A stretch of 64,000 nt of DNA from an uncultured bacterium (GCA_965112635.1 OZ218778.1:2592001-2656000), one strand, 5' to 3'; counted from the first letter of the stretch, positions 37,475-47,992 are shown. The notes: a model not told the origin generated them from the letters alone. Translations and numbers: made by a program.

Positions 37475-39946
37475 TTAAGGACCAACTTTGGGCTCATTAT
37501 CCAAATTAGGCTGCCACTTTACCTTACCAAAAGCAGTGCTTTTTTCGGCATCTTCCATAAGGGCTTGAATCCTGTTAGTATCTGTACTTCCCCACCAGTT
37601 AGACCCTGCGTCCAACTCTGCAGTAGCATGATTAGCCAAATTAAGGCTGTTTTCCGAGAAGCTATTATTCTTCAAGGTAATATTTTCAAATCCCTGTATA
37701 AAGGCCCCTATCCGATTATTGGCGATTTTATTATTCGAAACTGTCGCCGAGGAGTCCTTGAACCAGAAAGTAAGGGCTCTTTGATTAGAAGTGATTATAT
37801 TGTTCTCAATAGTGGGATTGGCCGCATGTCCAACCTCGATGCCGCCTCCGTAATCAATAGTACAATGGGAAATTGCGGGAGAAGAATACTGGCAAATGAT
37901 CCTACCTCCGGTAATCTTGCAATAACTCAATTTGGAATCGGATGCACTTCCTTTTGCGAAGTAGATGGCGCCCCACGACTGGCCCTTGCCTGGCTCGAAC
38001 ACGATTGGTTGATCGCTGGTTCCGACCGCTATGATCCTGCCCCGGATGGAGATGTCAGTGTTTTCTGTGTTAGACGAAGTAACTTCTCCTCCCATGGTCT
38101 CATTGACCCTGATCTCTGTTCCTGGCAAGATGGTCAAGGTAGCGCCACTCGCTATAAGAAGGTCGCTATCGATCACATAGGGGCCGTATTGCGGTGACCA
38201 AGTTGTGTCTTGGGTAATGGCGCCGCTCAAAAGGCTGTTGGTCTGGGCTGACAGGATAACAACCTCCACTCTCCGGTTTTTCAACTTGCCTTCGGGCGTA
38301 TCATTGGAGGCTATGGGTTTGGTATCTCCATAACCCTGTGTGCTGACACGGTCAGAGGCGATCCCCTTACTGAAGAAATATTGGGCAACCGTATTGGCGC
38401 GCGCCTGCGAGAGACCGATATTATCCCTGAATTTTCCGCCTGGCAGGATAGGAGTATTATCTGTGTGTCCTTCCAGCAAGAGGTGTGAATCTGGGTATTT
38501 TTCTTTTAGTATCTTTACGCCCTCATCTAGGATCGTCGGAGCCTCTTTGGAAAGAACATCTGAACCCGAGGCGAACAAAAGTTCGCTGGGCAGCTTGATG
38601 ACAATGCCTCTTTTCTCGTGTTCTTCAACAATTGCATGCAGAAGTTCGAGTATTTTTTTCTCGCTTACAATAGTATTCCCCTTCTTATCTGTGACAATGA
38701 GCTGGTAGGAATAATATCCCATCTCCGCAGGTCTATCTCTGTCAAAACGGCCATCCCAAATAACATGGTCTGGCACGACGCGGCCAACTCCCGAAAACTG
38801 CCTTACTAATTCACCAGCGGAATTCTTGATCTCTATGACCCATTTACTTAATGGCTCTGTGATTTTGACTTCGGTATCAAAGGTGACCTGCGGATCAGGC
38901 AGCCATGCTTTTTCAGGGCCCGTAATATCCACAACGTTCTCAGGCGGTAACCAATGCAGGGATAAGGAGAACTGGTTGGTAGTCCCTAGGTCGGTGAAAG
39001 GAGCATAGGCGTAGTCCAAGCGGCACTGGAGGTCGCCCATAGGAAAATAATAACCAAACCCGAAGTTAGCCTGGTCCAGGGCTTGGATATCGGCATTGGC
39101 CCCACCGCCGCATCTAAATGAGAACTGTTGCCCATTCAAACGCAGACTAAGCTCCGTTCCGGCCCTGATCCTCAAAGTATTATCTGACTGGCTGATGCTG
39201 TCTACAGCCACAAGAACCTGTTTATTCAATGCGTATTGCGCAACTCCGATACGCCATTCTAATGGCATTGGACTATCTAACACTGGCGTACCGATATTTC
39301 TAAGGCTAGCGCCAAACCTTGTTTGCAAGTTGGGCAACTCATACAAATAGCCGAGGTCCAACGCTGCGGCATAGGTTTTAGAAATATCTAATTGTTGAAA
39401 AAGCCCCTTGCACGCCACCCCTATGGAAGAATTCTTGAAAAAAGGTGATTCTTCATCAAAATAAATCAATCTTGTTGAATAACTGGCGATAAGCAAGTAC
39501 TCTGCGAACTGGAAATTGCCGCTGGTGCCGGCATAATTGCCAAAAGCGTCTTCCCAAGTACGCGGCTCGGGATCCATACGGAGATTGCCAATGCCTAAAC
39601 CAAAATAACCATAAAATAAAGGATTTTTTTCGCCGTAGGTTAGAAAATCATAGTTCATGCCTTGTAAATACATATGATGGAGCAACGCAATTTCACGGGT
39701 GTCCATCAATGATAATCCAGCGGGATTGTAAAGGATAGCGTATGAATCGTCCGATACGGCTGTATAGGCCCCATCCATAGCAGTGGGCCTGGCTCCTTCA
39801 TTTATTTTAAGAAAATTTGCTCCAGTCGTTCCAGCACTATTTTGTTGGCCAAATGATGGGAATGGATTAGAAATAATAAGGATAAAAAGGAATGAGATGT
39901 ACCACCGGCAACTATTCTTTATGAAGTAATAAAAGAAAGTTCTAAT
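37475..39946 (-). CDS. PorV-family barrel + FlgD-Ig-like + OmpA (peptidoglycan-binding) + right-handed beta-helix fusion
   Basis: Frame open 56 codons upstream of track ATG 39778, adding a signal-like stretch and GANFLKINEGARPTAM; YNPAGL; LDYAYAPF.DLG; WDGR...GYYSY; LLFASGS..EGHTDN..LSQARA..GYGDTKPIASNDTPEGKLKNRRVEV; Asn-rich beta-helix. Start uncertain (ATT proposed). Confidence 0.8.
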   Translation of the reverse strand: MRTFFYYFIKNSCRWYISFLFILIISNPFPSFGQQNSAGTTGANFLKINEGARPTAMDGAYTAVSDDSYAILYNPAGLSLMDTREIALLHHMYLQGMNYDFLTYGEKNPLFYGYFGLGIGNLRMDPEPRTWEDAFGNYAGTSGNFQFAEYLLIASYSTRLIYFDEESPFFKNSSIGVACKGLFQQLDISKTYAAALDLGYLYELPNLQTRFGASLRNIGTPVLDSPMPLEWRIGVAQYALNKQVLVAVDSISQSDNTLRIRAGTELSLRLNGQQFSFRCGGGANADIQALDQANFGFGYYFPMGDLQCRLDYAYAPFTDLGTTNQFSLSLHWLPPENVVDITGPEKAWLPDPQVTFDTEVKITEPLSKWVIEIKNSAGELVRQFSGVGRVVPDHVIWDGRFDRDRPAEMGYYSYQLIVTDKKGNTIVSEKKILELLHAIVEEHEKRGIVIKLPSELLFASGSDVLSKEAPTILDEGVKILKEKYPDSHLLLEGHTDNTPILPGGKFRDNIGLSQARANTVAQYFFSKGIASDRVSTQGYGDTKPIASNDTPEGKLKNRRVEVVILSAQTNSLLSGAITQDTTWSPQYGPYVIDSDLLIASGATLTILPGTEIRVNETMGGEVTSSNTENTDISIRGRIIAVGTSDQPIVFEPGKGQSWGAIYFAKGSASDSKLSYCKITGGRIICQYSSPAISHCTIDYGGGIEVGHAANPTIENNIITSNQRALTFWFKDSSATVSNNKIANNRIGAFIQGFENITLKNNSFSENSLNLANHATAELDAGSNWWGSTDTNRIQALMEDAEKSTAFGKVKWQPNLDNEPKVGP

Positions 39947-40175
39947 AGTTTTTCTCCTTAAATCCCCTATATAAAATAAAAGGCAAAATATATTTATTAA
40001 ACTATAGCAAAAAAAACATTGAATGCAATTTTTAGCCCTTAAAAAACAATATAATTTTGTAGGAGTTAGCCCGGAGAAAACACTTATATGGACCTGCTTA
40101 ACTAATATGATAGCCCGGGCAACATCTCTGTCTAATACCTATCGGTATCGCCTATTAAAATCTTACTGTTCCCTA

Positions 40176-43100
40176 TTATTTAATAATAACGACCTTCACC
40201 GCAGTTTTGAAGGTCGGCCCTGCCGCCAATGGCTGGGCCTCAACAGCTGCAATATAAACCCCTGAAGCCACTGCATTCACATCCCATGGCAAAACTTGGG
40301 TCCCCATCCCTCCCGGCGACCTCAAAGTAATGATCAAATTCCCTGCTAGATTATAGATATTGATCCTCAAACTCGCGCTTTGGCTCAGGTCAACCTTGAA
40401 ATATATGGTTTGAGTCCCCCCTGCCCTATAGGGATTAGGATAAGCTTTGGCTCCAAATGGGGCATTGGTCGAGGCTTGCAGTACCGTGACGCTCTTGGCA
40501 AAGGTTACTCTCCCCCCGTGATAGATTTGTTCAGCCTTAATGATAAATTCACCGTTCTGCACCATGTTACCCAAACCGGTGGTTCCGTCCCAGGTGATCC
40601 TGCTGGGTGTCAAACTTCCCCCGCTGTCGGAAAGATACAACCCGCTATCCCCCAAAGCCCCTATCCCCACGGTCCCATTCTGACTGCTACCGGCCAGAAG
40701 TAGGTTGCTGCTCAAAGCTATTCCCGTCAGCTCACCCGAAGTACTGTAGCCCTGGTAGATCACTTTGACCAATTCGCCCGACGGCGTATAAATGGAAATA
40801 CTGAGTTGGTTCCCCAGGCTCGTTACCGTAATACTGTTGAGGAAAACGGTAATGTTGCCGGACTGGTTGACTTCGGACTTCAAAATGTAGGTTCCAAGGG
40901 TAACAGCATTACCCAGGTCGTTAGTTCCATCCCAGCTCACATGCCACTGCCCCTTCTTGGTGGTTAAGATAATATCCAGAGGTACCCCCGAGTTCTCCAC
41001 AAAAGCTCCGCTACCGCCAAGGGTAATGGTAAGGTCGCTTAAATTGCCGAAAACCACTATCGTCCCTAGGGTTTTAACCAGCTCGCCATTATTGGCATAA
41101 ATTCTGAGATTGACACTGATGGCCGGAGGCGTAGGCGTAAAAGTGCCAGAGGAAGTCAGAGTATAGGTGACCGTAAGTGTGCGGGAGGATGTATTCGTGG
41201 GTAAAGGAGTGGTGGTACTGGTGGCCGTCGAGGTGGATGTACCCGTGGCGCTCTGGGTAAAGGTCACGGTCGCGGTTGCTGAATTGGTACTGGTTAAAGT
41301 TATCGTAGAGGTCGGCGAGGTGGTCCAAGTATAGGATTGGGTATTAGTGGGCAGTGGGGTACCCGTCTCGGTGGCTGTACAAGACGAAGTGGCCGTAGAA
41401 GTTTGAGTAAAAGTTATGGTCACGGTCCCAGTATCGGTGCCGGTTAAAGTCGCCGTTGCGGTAGGCGAGGTGGTCAAGGTATTGGACTGGGTATTGGTGG
41501 ATTGCGGGGTCGCCGTCTCGGTCGCCGTACAGGAAGAAGTGGCTGTGGCAGTCTGGGTGAAAGTGATTGACTCGGTGACAGTATTGGTAGCGGTCGCAGT
41601 ATTAGTGAAGGTATTGCTAATGGTAAGGGTATTGGACACTGTATCAGTAAAAGTTGCTGTTGCAGTGGAGGAGGCAGTAACAGTCTCGGTCCCTGTAGAG
41701 GATGGGGTAACGGTCATGCTGGCCGTGAGCGTGGGTGTTGCGGTCGGCGAGGTCGTGGGTGTACTGGTAGCTGTGCCCGTATTGGTGGCTGTTGGTGAAT
41801 CGGTGACCGTGGCCGTTTCGGTCCCCGTAATGGTAGCCGTGGCCGTAGAGGTTACGGAGATCGTATTGGTAGCGGTTGCGGTGACCGTAGCTGTGGACGT
41901 AGCTGTAGCTGTATTGGTAGCGGTAGCCGTAGGGCTGGTGGTAGCCGTGTAAGTGGCTGTGGCCGTTGCCGTGGCGGTTTGGGATTGAGTTAGCGTGCCG
42001 GTGGCTGTGCCCGTGTTACTGGCTGTGGACGTAGCGGTACCTGTGGCAGTGGTAGTAGCGGTAGCTGTGGAAGTAGCCGTACTGGACGGTGAAATCGTAT
42101 CGGTAAACGTGGCCGTGGCCGTAGCTGTGGATGTTGATGTGGCTGAATTGGTAACTGTACCGGTGGCACTGGCCGTGGACGTAGCTGTAGCCGTAGCTGT
42201 GATTGTAGCTGTGGGTGAAGTGGTGAACGTAGCCGTAGCCGTGGCCGTGCTGGTAGCCGTGGCTGTGACCGTGGCTGTGGCTGTGGTCGTGGCGGTCTGG
42301 GATTGGGTCAGCGTACTGGTGGCTGTGGCCGTACTACTGGCTGTGGACGTAATCGTAGCTGTGGCTGTGGTAGTAGCGGTACCTGTGGAAGTGCCCGTAC
42401 TGGTCGGCGAAATCGTATTGGTAAACGTGGCTGTGGCTGTGGACGTGGATGTTGATGTGGCTGAATTGGTAACTGTACTGGTGGCACTGATTGTGGACGT
42501 AGCTGTAGCTGTAGCCGTGATAGTAGCTGTGGGTGAAGTGGTGAACGTAGCTGTAGCCGTGGCCGTGCTCGTGGCCGTGGCTGTGACCGTAGCTGTGGCT
42601 GTGGTCGTGGCGGTCTGGGATTGGGTCAGCGTGCTAGTAGCTGTGCTGGTAGAACTGGCTGTGGACGTAATCGTAGCTGTGGCAGTGGTAGTAGCGGTAG
42701 CTGTGGAAGTGCCCGTACTGGTCGGCGAAATCGTATTGGTAAACGTGGCCGTGGACGTAGCTGTGGATGTTGATGTAGCTGAATTGGTGACCGTACCAGT
42801 GGCACTGGCCGTGGACGTAGCTGTAGCCGTAGCTGTGATTGTAGCTGTGGGTGAAGTGGTGAACGTAGCTGTATCCGTGGCTGTGTTGGTGGCCGTGGCT
42901 GTGACCGTAGCTGTGGCTGTGGTCGTGGCGGTCTGGGATTGGGTCAGCGTACTGGTGGCTGTGGCCGTACTACTGGCTGTGGACGTAATCGTAGCTGTGG
43001 CTGTGGTAGTAGCGGTACCTGTGGAAGTGCCCGTACTGGTCGGCGAAATCGTATTGGTAAACGTGGCTGTGGCTGTGGATGTGGATGTTGATGTGGCTGA

Positions 43101-46100
43101 ATTGGTAACTGTACTGGTGGCACTGATTGTGGACGTAGCTGTAGCTGTAGCCGTGATAGTAGCTGTGGGTGAAGTGGTGAACGTAGCTGTAGCCGTGGCC
43201 GTGCTAGTGGCCGTATTAGTGGAGCTTGCCGTAGGGGTGGCTGTAGCTGTGGGTGAAGTGGTGAGCGTAGCCGTGGCCGTGGCCGTGCTGGTAGCTGTAG
43301 CCGTTGCCGTGGCTGTCTGGGACTGGGTTAGTGTGCTGGTAGCTGTACTGGTAGAACTGGCCGTGGATGTAGCGGTAGCAGTAGCCGTGGCTGTAGCTGT
43401 CGGTGAGGTGGTGAGCGTAGCCGTGGCCGTGGCCGTGCTGGTAGCTGTAGCCGTGGCCGTGGCTGTCTGGGACTGGGTCAGTGTGCTGGTGGCTGTACTG
43501 GTAGAACTGGCCGTGAATGTAGCGGTAGCTGTAGCCGTGGCTGTTGCTGTCGGTGAGGTGGTGAGCGTCGCCGTGGCCGTCGCCGTGCTGGTGGCTGAGG
43601 CCGTTGCCGTGGCTGTCTGGGACTGGGTCAGCGTGCTAGTGGCTGTACTGGTAGAACTGGCCGTTGCTGTGGCTGTAGCTGTCCTTGTGGCAGTCGCTGT
43701 AGTTGTCGCCGTACTTGTTTCGGTAGCCGTTGAAGTGGCATTGGTAGTCGCTGTTTGGGTTGCTGAATTGGTTGCCGTTGCCGTATTTGTTGCTGTTGTG
43801 GTCGCTGTAGCCGTGGCTGAGGGCGTGGCAGTGAGTGTAAATGTCGCCGTGCAGGTGGGAGCGCAGGGGCAGGCTCCTTCTCCGTTGCTTACCTGGAAAT
43901 CAGCGATGCTATCAAAACAGCTATAGAATCCCTCAGTGCATCCCATCGATGCTGTAGCCCCAAAACAAAATAGCGAGTTTCCGCTCCAGGCCGGCGTGAA
44001 AGGCGTATAAAGTGTGGTTTGCACCAAAACATCGTTGAGGTATAAATATAAATTAGTTCCATCCCACATCATTCTTACTTTCAACACAACACCATTTCCA
44101 AACAAGGTATTCTCGGTTCCAGCGGGAACAGTATAAGCTCCGCTGCCGCCAGCCGCCGCATAGGTAAATTCCAAACAAGTTGCGCTACACGCCGTATAAA
44201 TAACAAAATTAAATGGCGAATCACAGGAGGAGGGGTTATCACTTACCTCAAAGACATATTCATAAGCATGACCCAGCCACTGGGCGCTAGCCCAAGTCTG
44301 TCTGGCAGCCCAGCTCATGTTTGACTTCAGGTAGAAAGTAACATCCCCGCCGCAGGTACTGAAAATATTGCCTATTTCCGGGCCCGACCAGCTCCACCAT
44401 CCTGAATTGCCAGTTTGCCCGCCTGCGCCGAACCATACGCCGTCCGTGCCATTCTCAAAAGGACTGAAGTTTACAGAACCCCCTGCATTTAGATTGACCG
44501 TGCCTTGATACCCCTTGGTGGGAAAGACCGGATTACCATTGGCAGTTCCGCTGGGTTCTTCCGCGCTCTTCCCCGCTATATACATCTGCACGCAGGGGGG
44601 GTTAAAGGGCGTAACCGTAGGAGTGCTAGTGTTGGTCACTGCTACGAGACATGAACAGGATGCCGCGGAAGTAATTTGGAAATCAGCGATGCCGTCCATG
44701 GCAGGATGATATTGCGGAAAAGGATTAGCACTGGCCCCCAGGTTAAAGAGATTGCCAGCCCCCCAACTGGGGGCTTTAGGCGCGTAGGCGTGGGAGGCTA
44801 TGAGCTGGTCGTTCCAGTAAAAATAGACGTTCGAACCGTCCCAGTGCAGTCGCACTTTGGCTGCGACATTCAAACCAAAATTAGAATCGTTTAACCCGTT
44901 CACGTAATCACTAAAAACAGTTGAATCGCAGGCATAGTTGAATAGTATCCAACCGCCTCCCGAGCTGATCGAGGAAATATTGAATGTCCATAATTCAGTG
45001 CCGCTATTATCCGTGACATCAAAATACTCGGATTGTCCCCTGTTTCCCGCGTTTGCCCAGCTGTAATTGGATTTGATATAGAACGCGATGTCCCCGCCGC
45101 AAGTGTTGAAAAGATATTGAACCGGATAACTTGACCATTTCCAGGAAGCGCAGTTAGGCCCGCTTCCTGCGAAATCTATCCCATCCGTCGGGCTGCCCGC
45201 AGGCTCAAAAGGATCATAAGTAATGCTTCCCGAGTTCATCACAGTACCCGGGGGACCCGTCTGAGGGTTGACCGTTGAACCCGAAACCTCCGAACTTTTG
45301 CCATCGGCCAAAAATTGAACGCAGGAATAGGTAAAAGGTGTGGCTGTAGGCGTCGGCGTAATCGTTGATGTGGCTGTCTGCGTAGGCGTTGGGGTGCAAG
45401 CAGAACCCGTCAAAGCCAGGTCGTTAAAAAATATGGATACACTGGGCGTATCGCATTCGATTTCCACGCAATCTATCTGACTAAAGTTATTGGGGTTTAG
45501 GATGCCGTTTGTAAACCCGTCGTATCCGGTAGGACTGGCCAGCATTTGCAACTGGACAGTTACTTGAGTCCAGGTTGTTGGTGGAAGGGTCAGCGTACTG
45601 CTGCTAGACCAGGTAAAATTTGAGTTATCGTCCCTTAAACCTATACGATATTGAACCGGTGAGCTGGAGGTTGTATACATCCAAACTGACACAGAAGTAT
45701 AGCAGGACCAATCTTGGGGGACACCTGTGATATCCTCAACTTTTATCTGCAGATCATCACCGGTTGTTGCCGGAAAATCCGCTTCTAAAGATTGGTTACA
45801 GTTACCCGTATCGTAAACATAGGTGGAATTTTTAACAATATTTACAGCACCAGTCGGCAAACAAAAGTAACCGCACGGGTCGCTGTGTATAGAACACCCA
45901 TTCATTCGGTCCAGCATTGGATTCGGGTCAGTATAGGCCCAGCCAATAGAGGGTAGCATCAGGAATCCAATGAGCAGGACAAGCAAAAGGCGGACCCAAA
46001 CAGGGCGGAATTTGGGCGTAGCTCTAGCGTGTAAATGGAAAATTGGCTTTAAATTATCGGTTTTTTTCTTAACAGCATCCTCCGGCATGCCCTTATTCCT

Positions 46101-46142
46101 GTTTGGCCCAAAAAATTTATTCACAGCATTCCCTTTTCTCAA
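40176..46142 (-). CDS. 1988-aa secreted Thr-rich repeat surface protein with lectin-like domains, two FlgD-Ig-like domains and a T9SS-type C-terminal domain
   Basis: Signal peptide ..IGWA|YT; globular domains; about 900 aa of (T-x)n; WDGTNDLGNAVTLGTY and WDGTTGLGNMVQNGEF; AYPNPY...INIYNLAG...ASGVYI...KVVIIK. Confidence 0.85.
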   Translation of the reverse strand: MRKGNAVNKFFGPNRNKGMPEDAVKKKTDNLKPIFHLHARATPKFRPVWVRLLLVLLIGFLMLPSIGWAYTDPNPMLDRMNGCSIHSDPCGYFCLPTGAVNIVKNSTYVYDTGNCNQSLEADFPATTGDDLQIKVEDITGVPQDWSCYTSVSVWMYTTSSSPVQYRIGLRDDNSNFTWSSSSTLTLPPTTWTQVTVQLQMLASPTGYDGFTNGILNPNNFSQIDCVEIECDTPSVSIFFNDLALTGSACTPTPTQTATSTITPTPTATPFTYSCVQFLADGKSSEVSGSTVNPQTGPPGTVMNSGSITYDPFEPAGSPTDGIDFAGSGPNCASWKWSSYPVQYLFNTCGGDIAFYIKSNYSWANAGNRGQSEYFDVTDNSGTELWTFNISSISSGGGWILFNYACDSTVFSDYVNGLNDSNFGLNVAAKVRLHWDGSNVYFYWNDQLIASHAYAPKAPSWGAGNLFNLGASANPFPQYHPAMDGIADFQITSAASCSCLVAVTNTSTPTVTPFNPPCVQMYIAGKSAEEPSGTANGNPVFPTKGYQGTVNLNAGGSVNFSPFENGTDGVWFGAGGQTGNSGWWSWSGPEIGNIFSTCGGDVTFYLKSNMSWAARQTWASAQWLGHAYEYVFEVSDNPSSCDSPFNFVIYTACSATCLEFTYAAAGGSGAYTVPAGTENTLFGNGVVLKVRMMWDGTNLYLYLNDVLVQTTLYTPFTPAWSGNSLFCFGATASMGCTEGFYSCFDSIADFQVSNGEGACPCAPTCTATFTLTATPSATATATTTATNTATATNSATQTATTNATSTATETSTATTTATATRTATATATASSTSTATSTLTQSQTATATASATSTATATATLTTSPTATATATATATFTASSTSTATSTLTQSQTATATATATSTATATATLTTSPTATATATATATSTASSTSTATSTLTQSQTATATATATSTATATATLTTSPTATATPTASSTNTATSTATATATFTTSPTATITATATATSTISATSTVTNSATSTSTSTATATFTNTISPTSTGTSTGTATTTATATITSTASSTATATSTLTQSQTATTTATATVTATATNTATDTATFTTSPTATITATATATSTASATGTVTNSATSTSTATSTATFTNTISPTSTGTSTATATTTATATITSTASSTSTATSTLTQSQTATTTATATVTATATSTATATATFTTSPTATITATATATSTISATSTVTNSATSTSTSTATATFTNTISPTSTGTSTGTATTTATATITSTASSTATATSTLTQSQTATTTATATVTATATSTATATATFTTSPTATITATATATSTASATGTVTNSATSTSTATATATFTDTISPSSTATSTATATTTATGTATSTASNTGTATGTLTQSQTATATATATYTATTSPTATATNTATATSTATVTATATNTISVTSTATATITGTETATVTDSPTATNTGTATSTPTTSPTATPTLTASMTVTPSSTGTETVTASSTATATFTDTVSNTLTISNTFTNTATATNTVTESITFTQTATATSSCTATETATPQSTNTQSNTLTTSPTATATLTGTDTGTVTITFTQTSTATSSCTATETGTPLPTNTQSYTWTTSPTSTITLTSTNSATATVTFTQSATGTSTSTATSTTTPLPTNTSSRTLTVTYTLTSSGTFTPTPPAISVNLRIYANNGELVKTLGTIVVFGNLSDLTITLGGSGAFVENSGVPLDIILTTKKGQWHVSWDGTNDLGNAVTLGTYILKSEVNQSGNITVFLNSITVTSLGNQLSISIYTPSGELVKVIYQGYSTSGELTGIALSSNLLLAGSSQNGTVGIGALGDSGLYLSDSGGSLTPSRITWDGTTGLGNMVQNGEFIIKAEQIYHGGRVTFAKSVTVLQASTNAPFGAKAYPNPYRAGGTQTIYFKVDLSQSASLRINIYNLAGNLIITLRSPGGMGTQVLPWDVNAVASGVYIAAVEAQPLAAGPTFKTAVKVVIIK
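41980..43250. repeat. four 318-bp (106-aa) units in ABAB order inside the 1988-aa gene
   Basis: Anchor GATTG(G/A)GT at 41983, 42301, 42619, 42937; units alternate TISATSTVTNS and TASATGTVTNS. Confidence 0.8.
43250..43680. repeat. about three 150-bp (50-aa) tandem units inside the 1988-aa gene
   Basis: GGCTGTCTGGGACTGGG recurs at 43311, 43461, 43611. Confidence 0.8.
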
Positions 46143-46224
46143 TTGTTTCCTAGATACCGTAAAACTCTCCCCTTAAAAAGGTGACCTTACATGCCCTCCG
46201 GACTCATGCCCCGTAGCCCTGCCC

Positions 46225-47967
46225 TTATTTTTGTATCCTGTCTTCCGCGTCCTTCAACAATGCCTTGGTCCTTTCATTGTTCGGGTCAATAGCCAGGGCT
46301 TGCTCATAGTATTTCTTGGCGTTTTGGAAATTCCCGTGGAGATATTCGTCGTATCCCTGCCGGGTCAGGTCTTTGCTCAAAGTCGTGATAGGCTCCTTGT
46401 TGTCCTCCAGCTTGTCTTTGGCATCTTTGCTGTCAGGGTCTAATTTCAGGATCTTGCACCAGTCTTTGGCCGCGTTATAGACATCCCGGTTCTGCATGGC
46501 GATGACAGCCTCCATGTACAGCTTGGTGATCTTGGTTTGGCGTTCCTGCTTGATGGCGGCAATGGCATCCAGGGCCTGCTGGTTACCCGGATGGGCGGCC
46601 AAAACCCATTCCCATTCCATCAGGGCCGCGACATAGTCTTCCTTGCTCAGATCGTCCTGGGCCCTCTTGCTGTACTCATCCACCGTGCCAGCCACTTTTT
46701 TCAGGTAGTTATCCGCGTTGGCGATCCTCCTGTCCACCGAAAGCAGCTTGGGGTTGAGTTCTTTGGCCTTTTTCCATTCCAAGATAGCTTCCACGTATTT
46801 CCCGCTTTGGAACAACTGGTCCCCTGCCGCGACACGCTGGGAGATCTCATCGGACTTCTGCTCTTCTTTGAGTTCAGATTCGGCGGTCGAGATCCAGCGC
46901 TGCACCTTTTTCAATTTTGGCTTGATCTGGAGGATCTTTTTCCAGGTTTCGATGGCGGGCTCCAAAAGACCCTGGTCGTAATAGATCAACCCTTGGGAAT
47001 ACAGGTCGTCGAGAGCTCCCAGTTTCCCGCTCCCCACTTCCAGCTCCCCAAAAGCCATGGTGGCTGAAATGCGCTGGGTTACCCCGAGGTCGCCGTAAGG
47101 AATGTAGGCATAATCGATACGGTAGCTCTCGTATTGAAATCCAACGCCCAGGGTCAGACCGTTGAATGCCCCCAGGGGGGGGCCCCCGATCTTATACCCC
47201 GCCCTCAAAGCGACCATCCTTTCCCACCACCACTCCACCCCGCAATTCAGGTACGTCGTCTCGTCCAGATATTGGATCAGGTCCACCACGTCGATGCCGG
47301 AATCCCATTCATAGGCGACCCCTAACCTCAGCGCCACGGGAAGCATGCTGGCGGTGGAGGACTGGGTAATGGGTGCGCCCAGGTTTAGCAGGGACATCCC
47401 CACATTGACCCCTTGGAGGGATGTTTTGTAGGACCCTCCCAGGTCCATGGCCAGGTAATCATAGGCGCTGACCCCGGAGATGTACAAACCCACCATCTTC
47501 AGGCTTCCTCCCACGAGCATCTGGTCCATCCAGCTGCCCATCGGATACAGATACCCCAGCTTGGTCCCATAGCTGACGGTCGCCGCGAAATCTCCCGAGG
47601 TGACTGAGGCCTCGATCCCGTTCGTGTTGTCAAACTGGGGCACGTTCAGGAACATAAAGCTTCCCGCCACCGCGCCCACCCCCACAGGCTGGGCTAAAGA
47701 CACAGCTTCATAAGTGGTGTCTGCCAGAAAGGCCATATGCATGAACGTGATTTGGGTATAATCCACCAGCCCCAGTCCGGACGGGTTCCACGGAACGCAG
47801 GTCACGTCATCCGAACCTGCGGCAAAAGCTTCTCCCATCCCGCTTGGCCTGGCTCCAACTCCGATGCGTAAAAAGGCCGGGCCCACTGTGCCTGGAGTGA
47901 ACGCAGCTTCAGCGGAAGCAATGGCGAACACAAACAACCCTAATAATATCAACGCTTTTTGTTTCAT
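46225..47967 (-). CDS. PorV/PorQ-family outer-membrane barrel with multiple C-terminal TPR repeats
   Basis: Signal peptide AEA|AF; FLRIGVGARPSGMGEAF..WNPSGL; ALRAGY; IDYAYIPYGDLGVTQRIS; TPRs (WKKILQIKP, YEQALAIDPNN). Confidence 0.82.
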   Translation of the reverse strand: MKQKALILLGLFVFAIASAEAAFTPGTVGPAFLRIGVGARPSGMGEAFAAGSDDVTCVPWNPSGLGLVDYTQITFMHMAFLADTTYEAVSLAQPVGVGAVAGSFMFLNVPQFDNTNGIEASVTSGDFAATVSYGTKLGYLYPMGSWMDQMLVGGSLKMVGLYISGVSAYDYLAMDLGGSYKTSLQGVNVGMSLLNLGAPITQSSTASMLPVALRLGVAYEWDSGIDVVDLIQYLDETTYLNCGVEWWWERMVALRAGYKIGGPPLGAFNGLTLGVGFQYESYRIDYAYIPYGDLGVTQRISATMAFGELEVGSGKLGALDDLYSQGLIYYDQGLLEPAIETWKKILQIKPKLKKVQRWISTAESELKEEQKSDEISQRVAAGDQLFQSGKYVEAILEWKKAKELNPKLLSVDRRIANADNYLKKVAGTVDEYSKRAQDDLSKEDYVAALMEWEWVLAAHPGNQQALDAIAAIKQERQTKITKLYMEAVIAMQNRDVYNAAKDWCKILKLDPDSKDAKDKLEDNKEPITTLSKDLTRQGYDEYLHGNFQNAKKYYEQALAIDPNNERTKALLKDAEDRIQK

Positions 47968-47992
47968 GGGTCCGGCCCCCTCGGATTGTGAC

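Noticed and set aside
393-40703. Numerous short ORFs overlapping the called genes on other frames or strands
   Set aside because: No recognisable motifs and fully explained as shadows of well-supported genes.
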